Shown in pieces: positions 48,682 to 58,605 of a stretch of DNA of 64,000 nt. The translations under genes and the position numbers were made by a program. The notes beneath the pieces were generated by a model. The model was not told where the DNA came from, did no database searches, and worked only from the letters and a program-made list of their open reading frames with translations. The stretch lies in assembly GCA_965218095.1 (NCBI GenBank), contig OZ244587.1, positions 4,672,001 through 4,736,000 on the forward strand, in the 5' to 3' direction. Origin of the DNA: Candidatus Poribacteria bacterium. Lineage in GTDB: Bacteria > Poribacteria > WGA-4E > PCPOR2b. Position 1 is the stretch's first letter. Each line of letters starts with the position of its first letter.

Positions 48682-49887
48682 TTATGATAGGTGGAAGAAA
48701 CTGCCTGCGATGTGGCGCGTCCCCCCGAAATTGTTGCCGTCGTCCTCCATGAAGTAGTAGGCGGTGAAGATACGCCCGTCGTCCAGTTGCGTGGCGACCG
48801 GATAACTCAAATCCCCGCTACTCCCATCATCGCGGACAATCGCCTCCGCCGACCAGGTCGCCCCGTCGTCCTCACTGACGAGCAGCCCGATTCCCAAGGG
48901 GGGCTTGCGCCGCCCGAATATCACCACAATCCGCCCATCACGCAGTTGCATTGGCCAGGGTGAGCGATAATGCACCGACTGGCGCGCCGCATCTAGCTTA
49001 CGGCGGGCGGCCCAGGGCGATTGCCCCCACGCCAAAATTGGCTTCGCCGTGCTCCAACTATAGCCGCCATCGTCGGAGTACGCCATCTGAATTGCGTTGC
49101 GGATACCACTATGTAGATTGAGCATGTAGCACTGCAACCGCCCGCTGGGCAGCAGAAGCAAGCCCGCGTAGGTGGGCCGTCCCAGGCCCGTTGGGTCTCG
49201 ATTCACTTCCGCGACGTATTCCCAGGTGAGGCCGTTGTCGTCGGAGCCGAAGACCGCCACGCCGCCGGGGGCGTCCGCCCTGGCAATAGTTATCACATCA
49301 TAGACACTCATCACAACCATGAGTGTGCCATCCGGGAATTGTACCAGCGGATGGGCGTCCCGATGGAAAGCCTGTCCAGTTGGATTCGTGACGTGGGTGG
49401 GGACTGTCTCCCATGTACGGCCCCGATCCCCCGACCGGAAGGCAAAGCATTCTAAGGTGGGGTGCCCACTCGGGCCCGCTGGCCCGGTTGGGGTGCGGGT
49501 GAAGTATACCGCTGCATCCGGGCTGGTGAGGTCGATCTGTTTGCGGACCACACCCGGCTCGTCAGCCCGGTATAAGATTGCACGTTTCTCCTCCAGGGGA
49601 CGCGACTCATCCCACACCACCACGTCGTTTTCGCGGGGCCAGGTCTCGCCGTGGTCTAGCGATCGCTGGAGTAGAATCTTTGCCCGGCTGGCGTAACCAG
49701 TGATGAAGGAATGGTCGATGTCGTCCACAACTTGGTACCGGGACGGTGCGTGGGAGTGCAACACTGTAATCTCGCCGTTCCCATAGTTGAAGATACCACT
49801 TTGGCGCGGATGCCCACAGTAGGTATCCTTGCTATAGCAGAGCTTGATATGGTGCATATCGGTGAGTTCTGGTATAATGCGGTTCAT
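48682..49887 (-). CDS. Sialidase-like propeller, family copy 2
   Basis: Paralog of 40606, 55901 and 57290. Confidence 0.88.
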   Translation of the reverse strand: MNRIIPELTDMHHIKLCYSKDTYCGHPRQSGIFNYGNGEITVLHSHAPSRYQVVDDIDHSFITGYASRAKILLQRSLDHGETWPRENDVVVWDESRPLEEKRAILYRADEPGVVRKQIDLTSPDAAVYFTRTPTGPAGPSGHPTLECFAFRSGDRGRTWETVPTHVTNPTGQAFHRDAHPLVQFPDGTLMVVMSVYDVITIARADAPGGVAVFGSDDNGLTWEYVAEVNRDPTGLGRPTYAGLLLLPSGRLQCYMLNLHSGIRNAIQMAYSDDGGYSWSTAKPILAWGQSPWAARRKLDAARQSVHYRSPWPMQLRDGRIVVIFGRRKPPLGIGLLVSEDDGATWSAEAIVRDDGSSGDLSYPVATQLDDGRIFTAYYFMEDDGNNFGGTRHIAGSFFHLS

Positions 49888-50031
49888 TGTGTTCCCTCCT
49901 CCTAATCCGTGAGACTATCGATTTGTTCCACAATTATCATTCTGTTCTCACGGCTAATTCCATCATTGCGTATAAGGGCACCACGTTCTCTAACTCGTCA
50001 ATCTTCACGCGCGTCTGATTTCTTGTAAAGA

Positions 50032-50460
50032 GAGCGTCTTCAAGTTTTCCAAAGTGACACACTTCGGCATCCGTGACAATAAGCCGGTTGAAACTTTTAA
50101 CAGATGCAAAAGCAATATAATTGACGCAAAAACAGTTCGAATCTCACGTATTGCCCCATCTGCCGACTGCCAAACGCGGCTTCATTCCTCTAATTCCACT
50201 GTACAAAATCTTTAACTATATCCTCCACTTGCTATACACCGGCTGTCAAGCGAAGCAATTGCCCATTGACACATGCGCAGATAACCCAGAAAAAAAGGAA
50301 ATTAGCTATCATGCCGTTTATCATCATTTCCGCCAGTGGAGTCTTGATCGCAGCCTAAAACAGATCTGGCAAAATAGTATATCAACCCTCACAGAGATGT
50401 TGGATTTGTCTCAGCTTTCACTTGATGGGACTCATACTCTCGCCAAAAAGTTTCAACCGG
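50032..50460 (+). mobile_element. Truncated IS5-family element (OrfA only)
   Basis: IL.LL.TGCQ..LP, VYHHFRQW, LDGT.TLAKK, then abrupt end. Confidence 0.8.
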
Positions 50461-50484
50461 TTCTTGGAGAAAGGTACTGCCAAG

Positions 50485-52005
50485 CTATCGAAACTTGAAG
50501 GAGTAGAGCTTGGCGTTCTTGAAGTAGAAACGCAGTTTTATCGACTTGCCCGCCAGTGTGCTCACGTCGGAACTCCCGTTCCACGAGACGGCATGCGCTA
50601 GGCTGGACTTCGTCATCGGGGCGGCGTCATCGAAGGTAAATCCGGGCAACTTCTTATGGTTCGCCCTCAAAATTTCTACCCGTACCTCGCCGGGCCCCGG
50701 CCCGGCGGCAATCGGCGCCATGCTCGCGTTCAGATGCAGGCGCGACCCGGAGAAACCGAACGGCCGGGTCGTCATCTGACTGAAGGACGCGGGCCCCGAA
50801 AACATTTGCCGCTCGCCAGTCATGTGTTGCAACTCATCCTCAGACCTATCGGTAACAACCCAGCCCTTCCCACCGTCGAGGGAGACGAACCCGTCAAGAC
50901 GGGAGACCGCCAGCCCGATGCCCTCTGTGGACTTATCGCCCAGCTTCAGGGCGATTTCCGGCGATCGACTGTTCGTGCCAATATAGTAGGTGAATATGCG
51001 ATCCCCGTGGGGGATGATATCTTGCGCATAGACGCTGCTGGAGTCGAAGTCTGTCCTGGCGCCGCCCCGGGGAATGAACGGCTCCCGGTAGTTTCGCTGA
51101 AAGTGAAACCCATCCCGGCTGAAGACCACCTCCGGATGATGGGTCACGTTGGTGGTGCGAAAGATCCACAGCAGCCCAACGTAGACCCCCTCGTAGGCAA
51201 TGACCGGCATGCTGTAGAACTCGGTGTCGGGGAAGTCGTTCTCGTCGGGGACCAGGATAATCTCGGGATCGCTCCAGTGGAGCATGTCTGGGCTCTCTGC
51301 CCTGCCGACAAGTCGTTTGCCATAGGGCCCCCGCCAGTGATGACTAGCCTCCATGGTGACGTAGTACGTCTCGCGTATCGGATCCCATCCCTGGAAACGG
51401 CCCGCCCAACGTCCCAACTCCTGTCCGGTATCAATGACGGGGTTGCCCTCGTAGGGGGTCCAGTCGAGCCCATCGGGGGAATAGAAGAGATCGTATTGCA
51501 TGCCTCGTGTCTGCGTGCTGCCAATCATGCGTAGCGCCTTGTATCGCTTGGCGGGGTCTTTCTCATGCAGGTCCTGAAAGTCCGGCGCCGTGGGCAGATT
51601 CTCCCTTGCGGGGAGGATGTTATTGTCCGTCGAGCCGTTGAACTTGACGAGCCCCAGCGACGGCCTCTCCCAGTGAACGCCGTCCTCAGAAATAGCTAGG
51701 CACATCACACTCCCTCGGCTCTCCGTGACGAGGCCCGCGGGGCCACCGGGAACCGGCACCCCGTTCTCAAGACGTACTGTGCTGGTAGATGCGCTATACC
51801 ACATCTTGAAGCCTTGGTCCTTCTGGTCAAAAATCACCTTGACGGGCCGCATGTGGTTTCCTTCCCAAGTACGCTCCGGCCGGAGGATGGGGTTATCGTC
51901 CGCTTTTACTGCCGGGTTCAACCCCTGCTTTGCGTTGGTCAAGCTTTCAATCAGATAGTCATCGAAGAAGAGTTGTTTTCTCGATCCAATGTCGATCATT
52001 GCCAT
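50485..52005 (-). CDS. Five-bladed propeller glycosidase-like protein
   Basis: QLFFDD, SEDGVHWERP, EFYSM, RLDGFVSL, LYSF. Confidence 0.8.
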   Translation of the reverse strand: MAMIDIGSRKQLFFDDYLIESLTNAKQGLNPAVKADDNPILRPERTWEGNHMRPVKVIFDQKDQGFKMWYSASTSTVRLENGVPVPGGPAGLVTESRGSVMCLAISEDGVHWERPSLGLVKFNGSTDNNILPARENLPTAPDFQDLHEKDPAKRYKALRMIGSTQTRGMQYDLFYSPDGLDWTPYEGNPVIDTGQELGRWAGRFQGWDPIRETYYVTMEASHHWRGPYGKRLVGRAESPDMLHWSDPEIILVPDENDFPDTEFYSMPVIAYEGVYVGLLWIFRTTNVTHHPEVVFSRDGFHFQRNYREPFIPRGGARTDFDSSSVYAQDIIPHGDRIFTYYIGTNSRSPEIALKLGDKSTEGIGLAVSRLDGFVSLDGGKGWVVTDRSEDELQHMTGERQMFSGPASFSQMTTRPFGFSGSRLHLNASMAPIAAGPGPGEVRVEILRANHKKLPGFTFDDAAPMTKSSLAHAVSWNGSSDVSTLAGKSIKLRFYFKNAKLYSFKFR

Positions 52006-52020
52006 CGTTATTCTCCTTTA

Positions 52021-52862
52021 CTAGGTTCTGTTGACATTTCAAGGGAGCCATATGAGAGTGGCGACAAAGCTGAGAAATCCAAAATAACGGACAGCTAGCT
52101 TCTCAAACCGAGAGAAGATACGACGATACCATTTTATCTTGTTGATGAAACATTCAACCCGATGTCTCTCTTTGTATAAGTGTTTGTCATACGTTCTTTG
52201 GTCGAGACGATGACTTTTTGGCGGTATCACCGCAATCGCTCCATTCGCCTCAATAACGGCGATAAAAGCGTCCGAATCGTACCCCTTGTCTCCAATCATA
52301 TATTCACTGTTATATCCGATTATCAACCCTTCCGCCTCAGTTATGTCATGTCTCTGACCGGGGGTCAGATGAATTCTTAGGGGATTGCCTAGTCCGTCAA
52401 CTGTGATGTGAATTTTTGTGCTGAAACCGCCCCGAGAGCGACCTAATGCTTGGTTTTCAGTGCCACCCTTTTTTTTAAGGCGCCAGCTTTTTAAGGCGCC
52501 CGCCGCAGACGGGTGAGCGCGGCAGATTGTACTGTCCACAATAAGCGACTCGATATCGGGGTCAGAGGCAAAGTGGGGGTGCATCTGTGTGAAGATACCT
52601 TTGTCACACCATCGAGCAAACCGCTTGTAGCGGGTGTTCGATTTGCCATAGGTGTCTGGTAGAATCCGCCATTGAGCCCCGCTACGAGTCACCCACAGGA
52701 CGGCTTCGACGAAGCGGCGTGTAGCAGCTTCGTCGCCAACATAGATGGTGGGACAGCTAAGAAGAAACCGGTATATCTTATTCCATTGTTCATCAGGTAA
52801 GGTTATTGGCGTCATTCTTCTATTATGCCACAACCTTATACTCAAATGTCAACAGAACCTAG
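52021..52862 (-). mobile_element. IS5-family (IS427-like) element
   Basis: Perfect 19-bp inverted ends CTAGGTTCTGTTGACATTT including the CTAG/TA target. Confidence 0.95.
52039..52815 (-). CDS. IS5-family transposase, single open frame
   Basis: RSGAQWR.LP, VDST, GRSRGGFSTKIH, GDKGYD, YKERHRVE. Confidence 0.93.
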   Translation of the reverse strand: MTPITLPDEQWNKIYRFLLSCPTIYVGDEAATRRFVEAVLWVTRSGAQWRILPDTYGKSNTRYKRFARWCDKGIFTQMHPHFASDPDIESLIVDSTICRAHPSAAGALKSWRLKKKGGTENQALGRSRGGFSTKIHITVDGLGNPLRIHLTPGQRHDITEAEGLIIGYNSEYMIGDKGYDSDAFIAVIEANGAIAVIPPKSHRLDQRTYDKHLYKERHRVECFINKIKWYRRIFSRFEKLAVRYFGFLSFVATLIWLP

Positions 52863-53542
52863 ACTTTGCGCAACATGACGGGGGGTGCCGAAAAGTGTCA
52901 GACAAACCAAAACCCACTGCAACCCTAGAGCACGCCATCAATAAAACCGAAAGATCTCGTGCTCGTCCGATCTATCGGACCGTCAGCTATCGAGAAAACG
53001 CTGACCAGCTCCGCTTACGTGTTGATATACAGGTTAACTGACACCCTACTCCCGGAAGCCCCAATATGTGTTTGTTCTTCATTGGTCTTCGCCTACCTCA
53101 AACTTGGGTCCAGAGGGCCCCCTCTGGCCATTCGCTCAGAAATTCGGGAATTCGATACCCCTGCAAGCGGTAACGAATTCCAAGCAGCGTCTCCGGGTTT
53201 TGCCGTAAGCATAATACGCCCAGTGACTCACTGTTACTCCGCCACTGCCTTCATTGGACATCTAGTTTACCATTGCCCACTGCTCAAATTTCTTTTCCAT
53301 ATATCCCCTTTATTCTCACCGAGCCTGAATCATCGGGGTCAAAGAAGGTCAGATATACATGACCTTCAGGCGTTACCATGCCTACAAAATGGCAGAACAC
53401 CACTCTCATCCACCGCTGGCTCAACGATTTATCAACTAAAGCAATCACTCCTTGATGATTATCTTCGTCGCCAACTTCTATCGCCATCTATTTCTATGAC
53501 GCTTGCGTAATACCATTTTGACTTAGAAATGCGCCTTTTCGT

Positions 53543-53625
53543 TCCCCCTCACCCGGCCTCTCCCACCAGGGGAGGGGAGAGTTGGTGTGCCTTCTCCCTT
53601 AATGGGGGAAGGTTGGGATGGGGAT
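53543..53625. repeat. CCCTCACCC..CCTCTCCC-type palindromic doublet
   Basis: Inverted GC-rich hairpin pair. Confidence 0.6.
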
Positions 53626-53669
53626 GGTAAAAGTCTCATTTCAAACTGCAATTGGTATAAGTCCGAACT

Positions 53670-54464
53670 TTATCCAAGTATTCGGCACCTGGCGAGCATC
53701 TGCTTGCCTCGCTCCGAGAGTTTGTCGAATTCCGCCCGGGTCATCTCAATGTGCCGTCGTTGCGAGTACCAGGGCCGAGAATAACAGATTACCAGTTCCG
53801 GCCGGGGATGATCCGAACGATTCGGTGTCCCCCGATGCAGTGGCCGTGGATCCTGAATCCAGAGTGTCCCCTTCTTCATATTGAGCCGGTGCTTGCTTGG
53901 GAAATTGCCTGCCTCCAGTATTTCGTTATACCGCGCCTCCAACTCAGGGTCAGCCAGGAGTTGAGTGCAGGGCAATACTTCGAAGCTGCCATTTTCCTCA
54001 TAGGTATCCACCAACGGGAACTTGATGCCGAAGTGCGGGAAGACTTCCAGACCGACATTTGAGACTAACAGTGGTGTGTCTCGATGCCAGCGCTGATACT
54101 CGCTGCCTAGATATGGGTTATTCGAGGCGTAACAGGTGATGTGGTAGTCGCTGGTGCCCCAATACCGGTCGAGGAACGCCAGCAGTACCGGATTCTCGTA
54201 GATCTCCGGGTCTGAGAAGGGTGGCGCCCAGGGCACTTCCACCGTGTAGCGGTTGACGTTCTGTAGGCGACCCTCACCTGTGTAGCGATCGCCGGACTCT
54301 ACGGAATCGCTGCGCTCCTTCACCGCTTCAAGCCGCGGCAGAAACGCCTCACGCATCCGATCGATCTTCTCGACCGGTATAAAGTCTTCAAAGATAGCGT
54401 AACCGTTAATCTTCAACTCGGCAAGTTTCAGATCGAGGTCATAGTTGGATAAAGCAGATAGCAT
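53670..54464 (-). CDS. PhyH-family dioxygenase
   Basis: QRWHRD, PLVD..EENG, LHRGTPN. Confidence 0.9.
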   Translation of the reverse strand: MLSALSNYDLDLKLAELKINGYAIFEDFIPVEKIDRMREAFLPRLEAVKERSDSVESGDRYTGEGRLQNVNRYTVEVPWAPPFSDPEIYENPVLLAFLDRYWGTSDYHITCYASNNPYLGSEYQRWHRDTPLLVSNVGLEVFPHFGIKFPLVDTYEENGSFEVLPCTQLLADPELEARYNEILEAGNFPSKHRLNMKKGTLWIQDPRPLHRGTPNRSDHPRPELVICYSRPWYSQRRHIEMTRAEFDKLSERGKQMLARCRILG

Positions 54465-54592
54465 TGGTCCCTCTCGGGTAACAAGTATTTGATATGGGGG
54501 TTATAATTCACGAGTTTTCCACTTATACCTGTTTGGGTTTGAAATGATGGATTGAGACGCCCTAACTGAAAAAGTCGTATTACGCACTTCAT

Positions 54593-55609
54593 TTAGTTCG
54601 GCACGGTCTGGAGCTTGCCCGTGCGGGCCGCTTCATCCAGGGCGTTGCAGATGGATACGGTGCGCACACCATCGTGGACGTTACACAATGTGTCCCCATC
54701 CGTCCGAATTGCTTCCAACAAGTTCAGCATCATGGACGCCTTGTGCTGCTCCTCCTCCGGCAACTCTTTGGTCTCCATGTAGTCAATCTCGCAGCCGCCA
54801 AAGTCCACGCGACCGGTGTGCGCCGAGAACACGGCGCTGCGAGCTCCATCCCAAATCTCGTGGAACCACTTGGACACGAAGGAGTTCGTGCCCTGATCGG
54901 TGCTGATCACCGTGGAGAGTCCCCCATTCTTCCACAGGATTGTCCCGACCAACCCATCGGGATAGCCGTCAGTCCCCTTGTTCTTCCGGTCAAACAGCCG
55001 CCCCTCGGCATACACCCGGTCGGCAGCGCTGTCCATCAGGTAGGCAAGGAGGTCAACGGTATGGACCGCTGTGCTAATTAGCAGTCCGCCGCCATCGTCT
55101 TTATCCCAGAGCCAGCTACTCCCACCAGGAGGCCGCAGTGCATAGTTGTCCATCGCAAGCTGTCCGTGACTGAGGCGAGGGTGGGGTATGAGCTCCCGCG
55201 CCTTTTGCACCGTGGGTGCAATGCGGAACTTGCAGTTGACGACGAGTTTCACACCGGTCTTGTCCACCACCTCGGCCAACTCGACTGCCTGGGCACGGGT
55301 GGCACACATCGGCTTCTCTACGACTAGGTGCTTACCCGCTCGGGCGCCGGCCAGGGCCAACGGATGGTGTGCGTCATGGTGGGTGGCGATCGCTAGCAGG
55401 TCAATGGAGTCATCATGCATAATGTGGTTAGCGTCGGTGGTGGCATAGCTGCCGCCGAATTCCGCCAGCGCCTGCTCGGCTTTTTCCTCGATCTCATCGC
55501 AGAAACCCACCAGTTCGATTCCCAGATTTTTTGCTCTTGCGGCATGTCCTCGCCCAGCGCCGCCGCAACCGATCAGCGCTGCTTTCAATCCAGATCCAAT
55601 CAAGGTCAT
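54593..55609 (-). CDS. Gfo/Idh/MocA oxidoreductase
   Basis: IGCGGAG, GKHLVVEKP, GGGLL...VH..D; AAGGAG RBS. Confidence 0.93.
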   Translation of the reverse strand: MTLIGSGLKAALIGCGGAGRGHAARAKNLGIELVGFCDEIEEKAEQALAEFGGSYATTDANHIMHDDSIDLLAIATHHDAHHPLALAGARAGKHLVVEKPMCATRAQAVELAEVVDKTGVKLVVNCKFRIAPTVQKARELIPHPRLSHGQLAMDNYALRPPGGSSWLWDKDDGGGLLISTAVHTVDLLAYLMDSAADRVYAEGRLFDRKNKGTDGYPDGLVGTILWKNGGLSTVISTDQGTNSFVSKWFHEIWDGARSAVFSAHTGRVDFGGCEIDYMETKELPEEEQHKASMMLNLLEAIRTDGDTLCNVHDGVRTVSICNALDEAARTGKLQTVPN

Positions 55610-55709
55610 CTTAGATCTCCTTTCGATTTCAATACGGTAACACCCGAGACAAACGCGAGTGTAATCATACGACTTTTTCACTTATCGGGTAAGCGAGAAA
55701 GTCTAACTA

Positions 55710-55879
55710 TAGGTCGAGATTCCGATCTCGACAGATTAAGCGATTGTCGATTTTAGAAATTCGACCGACAGCGATTCCACCCGTCAATTTAGGTGTGACA
55801 GCGTATTACACTGTGAAATTGGTTTTGATCAATAGAGCGAGCATCTTGTTCGCTTGAGCAGGCTAAAAGCCCGCTCTAC
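55710..55879. repeat. Two REP-like doublets
   Basis: ATAGGTCGAGATTCCGATCTCGAC pair; ATAGAGCGAGC...GCCCGCTCTAC pair. Confidence 0.55.
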
Positions 55880-55900
55880 CTTAGCCCTTCATGATTTATG

Positions 55901-57058
55901 TCACGGAGCATTAGACTGTGTTAGGCGGAAGAAACTGCCAAGGATGTGGCTCGTCCCGTAGGCGGTGAAGATTCGCCCGTCATCCAGTTGCGTGGCGACC
56001 GGATAGCTCAAATCCCCACCATAATCGCCGAGAATCGCCTCCGCCGACCAGGTTGCCCCATCGTCCTCACTGACGAGCAGCCCGATTCCCAAGGGTGGCT
56101 TCCGCCGCCCGAATAGCGCCACAATCCGCCCATCACGCAGTCGCATCGGCCACGGCGAGCGATAATGCACATTCTGGCGCGCCGCGTCTGGCTTACGCCG
56201 GGCAGCCCAAGACGACTCTCCCCACGCCACAATCGGCTTCGGATCACTCCAACTATAGCCGCCATCGTCGGAGTACGCCATCTGAATCGCGTTGCGGATG
56301 CCGCTGATGTTGAGCATATAGCACTGCAACCGCCCGCTGGGCAGCAGGAGCAAGCCCGCGTAGGTGGGCCGTCCCAGGCCCGTTGGGTCTCGATTCACTT
56401 CCGCGACGTATTCCCAGGTGAGACCGTTGTCGTCGGAACCGAAGACCGCCACGCCGCCGCCGGCGTCGGTCGTGGCGACAGTCATCACATCATAGATACT
56501 CATCACACCCATGAGCGTGCCGTCGGGGAACTGTACCAGCGGATGGCCGTCCCGATGGAGACCCTCTCCAGTTGGATTCGTGACGTGGGTGGGGACTGTC
56601 TCCCATGTATGCCCCCGATCCCCCGACCGGAAGGCGAAACACTCTGAGCTGGGGTGCCCATCCGAGCCCACTGGCCCGGTTTGGGCGCGGGCGAAGTACA
56701 CCGCTGCATCCGGGCTGGTCAGGTTGATCTGTTCGCGGGCCACACCCGGTTCGTCAGCCCGGTATAAGATTGCACGTTTCTCCTCCAGAGGACGCGACTC
56801 GTCCCATACCACCACGTCGTTTTCGCGGGGCCAGGTCTCGCCGTGGTCCAGCGATCGCTGGAGTAGAATCTGTGCCCGTCTGTCATAACCCGTGTGGTGG
56901 TCGTCGTCCACACCTTGGTAATGGGAGTGCAGCACCACAATCTCGCCGGCGCCAAAGTTGAAGATGCCACTTTGGCGTGGATGCCCGCAGTGCGTGTCCT
57001 TGCTAAAGCAAAGTTTGATATGGTGCACATCTGTGAGTTCTAGTACGATGCGGTTCAT
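55901..57058 (-). CDS. Sialidase-like propeller, family copy 3, with in-frame deletions
   Basis: Lacks the YFMEDDGNNFG segment and has a shortened N-terminal loop. Confidence 0.82.
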   Translation of the reverse strand: MNRIVLELTDVHHIKLCFSKDTHCGHPRQSGIFNFGAGEIVVLHSHYQGVDDDHHTGYDRRAQILLQRSLDHGETWPRENDVVVWDESRPLEEKRAILYRADEPGVAREQINLTSPDAAVYFARAQTGPVGSDGHPSSECFAFRSGDRGHTWETVPTHVTNPTGEGLHRDGHPLVQFPDGTLMGVMSIYDVMTVATTDAGGGVAVFGSDDNGLTWEYVAEVNRDPTGLGRPTYAGLLLLPSGRLQCYMLNISGIRNAIQMAYSDDGGYSWSDPKPIVAWGESSWAARRKPDAARQNVHYRSPWPMRLRDGRIVALFGRRKPPLGIGLLVSEDDGATWSAEAILGDYGGDLSYPVATQLDDGRIFTAYGTSHILGSFFRLTQSNAP

Positions 57059-57096
57059 CGTGGAGGTCCTTTCCCATTTCAATTTGGTAACTCCTT

Positions 57097-57283
57097 GGCT
57101 CATGTCAAAAATGAGTGCAAACAGAAGTGCGGCGTGATTTGGGAGGGGGAGGCTCTCCGATGCTCGGAGCAGGTCTTTAGCGCAGCGAGATCCCGTGCAG
57201 CGGGGCTCTGCCGGACCTCCAGAAATTGGCTTGGCAGGGACCTCCTCCTCCCACGGAATTAGCACTTTACCTTAACATGAGCC
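57097..57283. mobile_element. MITE (GGCTCATGTYAA TIR) containing a REP doublet
   Basis: Degenerate 8-bp TSD AACTCCTT / AATTTCTT; empty site AACTTCTT at 48676-48683 in the paralogous locus. Confidence 0.8.
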
Positions 57284-57289
57284 AATTTC

Positions 57290-58474
57290 TTATGATAGAT
57301 GGAAGAGACTGCCAGCGATGTGACGCGTCCCCCCGAAATTGTTGCCGTCGTCCTCCATGAAGTAGTAGGCGGTGAAGATGCGCCCGTCGTCTAGCTGCGT
57401 GGCAACCGGATAACTCAAATCCCCGCCACTCCCATCATCGCGGACAATCGCCTCCGCTGACCAGGTCACCCCGTCATCCTCACTGACGAGCAGCCCAATT
57501 CCGGTGGGTGGCTTGCGCCGCCCGAATATCACCACAATCCGCCCATCACGCAGCCGCATTGGCCAGGGCGAGCGGTAATGCACTCCATGGCGTGCCACGT
57601 CTGGTTTACGACGAGCCGCCCAGGGGGATTGCCCCCACGCCACAATCGGCTTCGGATCGCTCCAACTGTAACCGCCATCGTCGGAGTACGCCATTTGAAT
57701 TGCGTTGCGGATGCCGCCGATGTTGAGCATGTAGCACTGCAATCGACCACTGGGCAGCAGGAGCAAGCCCGCATAAGTGGGCCGCCCCAGACCCGTTGGG
57801 TCGCGCGCCACTTCCGCCGCGTATTCCCAGGTGAGGCCACTGTCGTCGGAGCCGAAGACCGCCACGCCGCCGGGGGTGTCGCCCATCGCGACGCTCATCA
57901 CGCCCATGAGTGTGCCGTCAGGAAATTGCACCAGCGGATGGGCGTCTCGATGAAGCCCCTGTCCAGTTGGATTCGTGACGCGCGTGGGTGCCGCCTCCCA
58001 CGTACGACCCCGATCCCCCGACCGGAACGCGAAGCATTCTAAGCTAGGACCTCCGTCCGCATCTGCCGAACCGGTTGCCGGGCGGACGAAGAGCACTGCC
58101 GCATCCGGGCTAGTGAGATCAATCTGTTCGCGGGTTACGCCCGGTTCGTCAGCCCGGTATAAGATTGCGCGTTTCTCCTCCAGGGGACGTGACTCATCCC
58201 ATACCACTACGTCGTTTTCGCGGGGCCAAGTCTCGCCGTGGTCTAGCGATCGCTGGAGTAGAATCTTTGCCCGGCTAGCGTAACCAGTTGTGAAAGAATG
58301 GCTGATGTCGTCCTGAACCTGGTACTGGGACGGCGCGTGGGCGTGCAGCACCGCGATTTCGCCGTTCCCATAGTTGAAGATACCGCTTTGGCGCGGATGC
58401 CCGCAGTAGGTATCCTTGCTATAGCAGAGCTTGATATGGTGCATATCTGTAAGTTCTGGTGTGATACGGTTCAT
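57290..58474 (-). CDS. Sialidase-like propeller, family copy 4
   Basis: Asp-boxes; GAGGAGG RBS. Confidence 0.88.
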   Translation of the reverse strand: MNRITPELTDMHHIKLCYSKDTYCGHPRQSGIFNYGNGEIAVLHAHAPSQYQVQDDISHSFTTGYASRAKILLQRSLDHGETWPRENDVVVWDESRPLEEKRAILYRADEPGVTREQIDLTSPDAAVLFVRPATGSADADGGPSLECFAFRSGDRGRTWEAAPTRVTNPTGQGLHRDAHPLVQFPDGTLMGVMSVAMGDTPGGVAVFGSDDSGLTWEYAAEVARDPTGLGRPTYAGLLLLPSGRLQCYMLNIGGIRNAIQMAYSDDGGYSWSDPKPIVAWGQSPWAARRKPDVARHGVHYRSPWPMRLRDGRIVVIFGRRKPPTGIGLLVSEDDGVTWSAEAIVRDDGSGGDLSYPVATQLDDGRIFTAYYFMEDDGNNFGGTRHIAGSLFHLS

Positions 58475-58498
58475 TGTGTTTCCTCCTCTTAAATGATC

Positions 58499-58559
58499 GC
58501 CTAACGACCAAGTTCAGTTGTCCGATTCTCGGGCCGTCAACTACAACGCTTGGTTAGGC
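58499..58559 (-). other. Integron attC site, 61 bp
   Basis: GCCTAAC-CAAGC-GTTGTAGTTG...CAACTGAAC-TTGGTC-GTTAGGC: complementary R boxes and L boxes with an extrahelical base. Confidence 0.88.
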
Positions 58560-58605
58560 AAGATTCTATTGTTGGATTTCGTACCTCAACCCAACCTCCC
58601 AACTT

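Noticed and set aside
52930-53510. Genes in the spacer after the IS5 element
   Set aside because: Short broken ORFs on both strands with no recognisable motif
57059-57265. N-terminal extension of the 55901 ORF
   Set aside because: It runs through a MITE and REP; paralogs start at MNRI
17617-58474. Naming the propellers nanH/nanA sialidases
   Set aside because: Asp-boxes show fold only; no FRIP motif is evident, so the substrate is unknown
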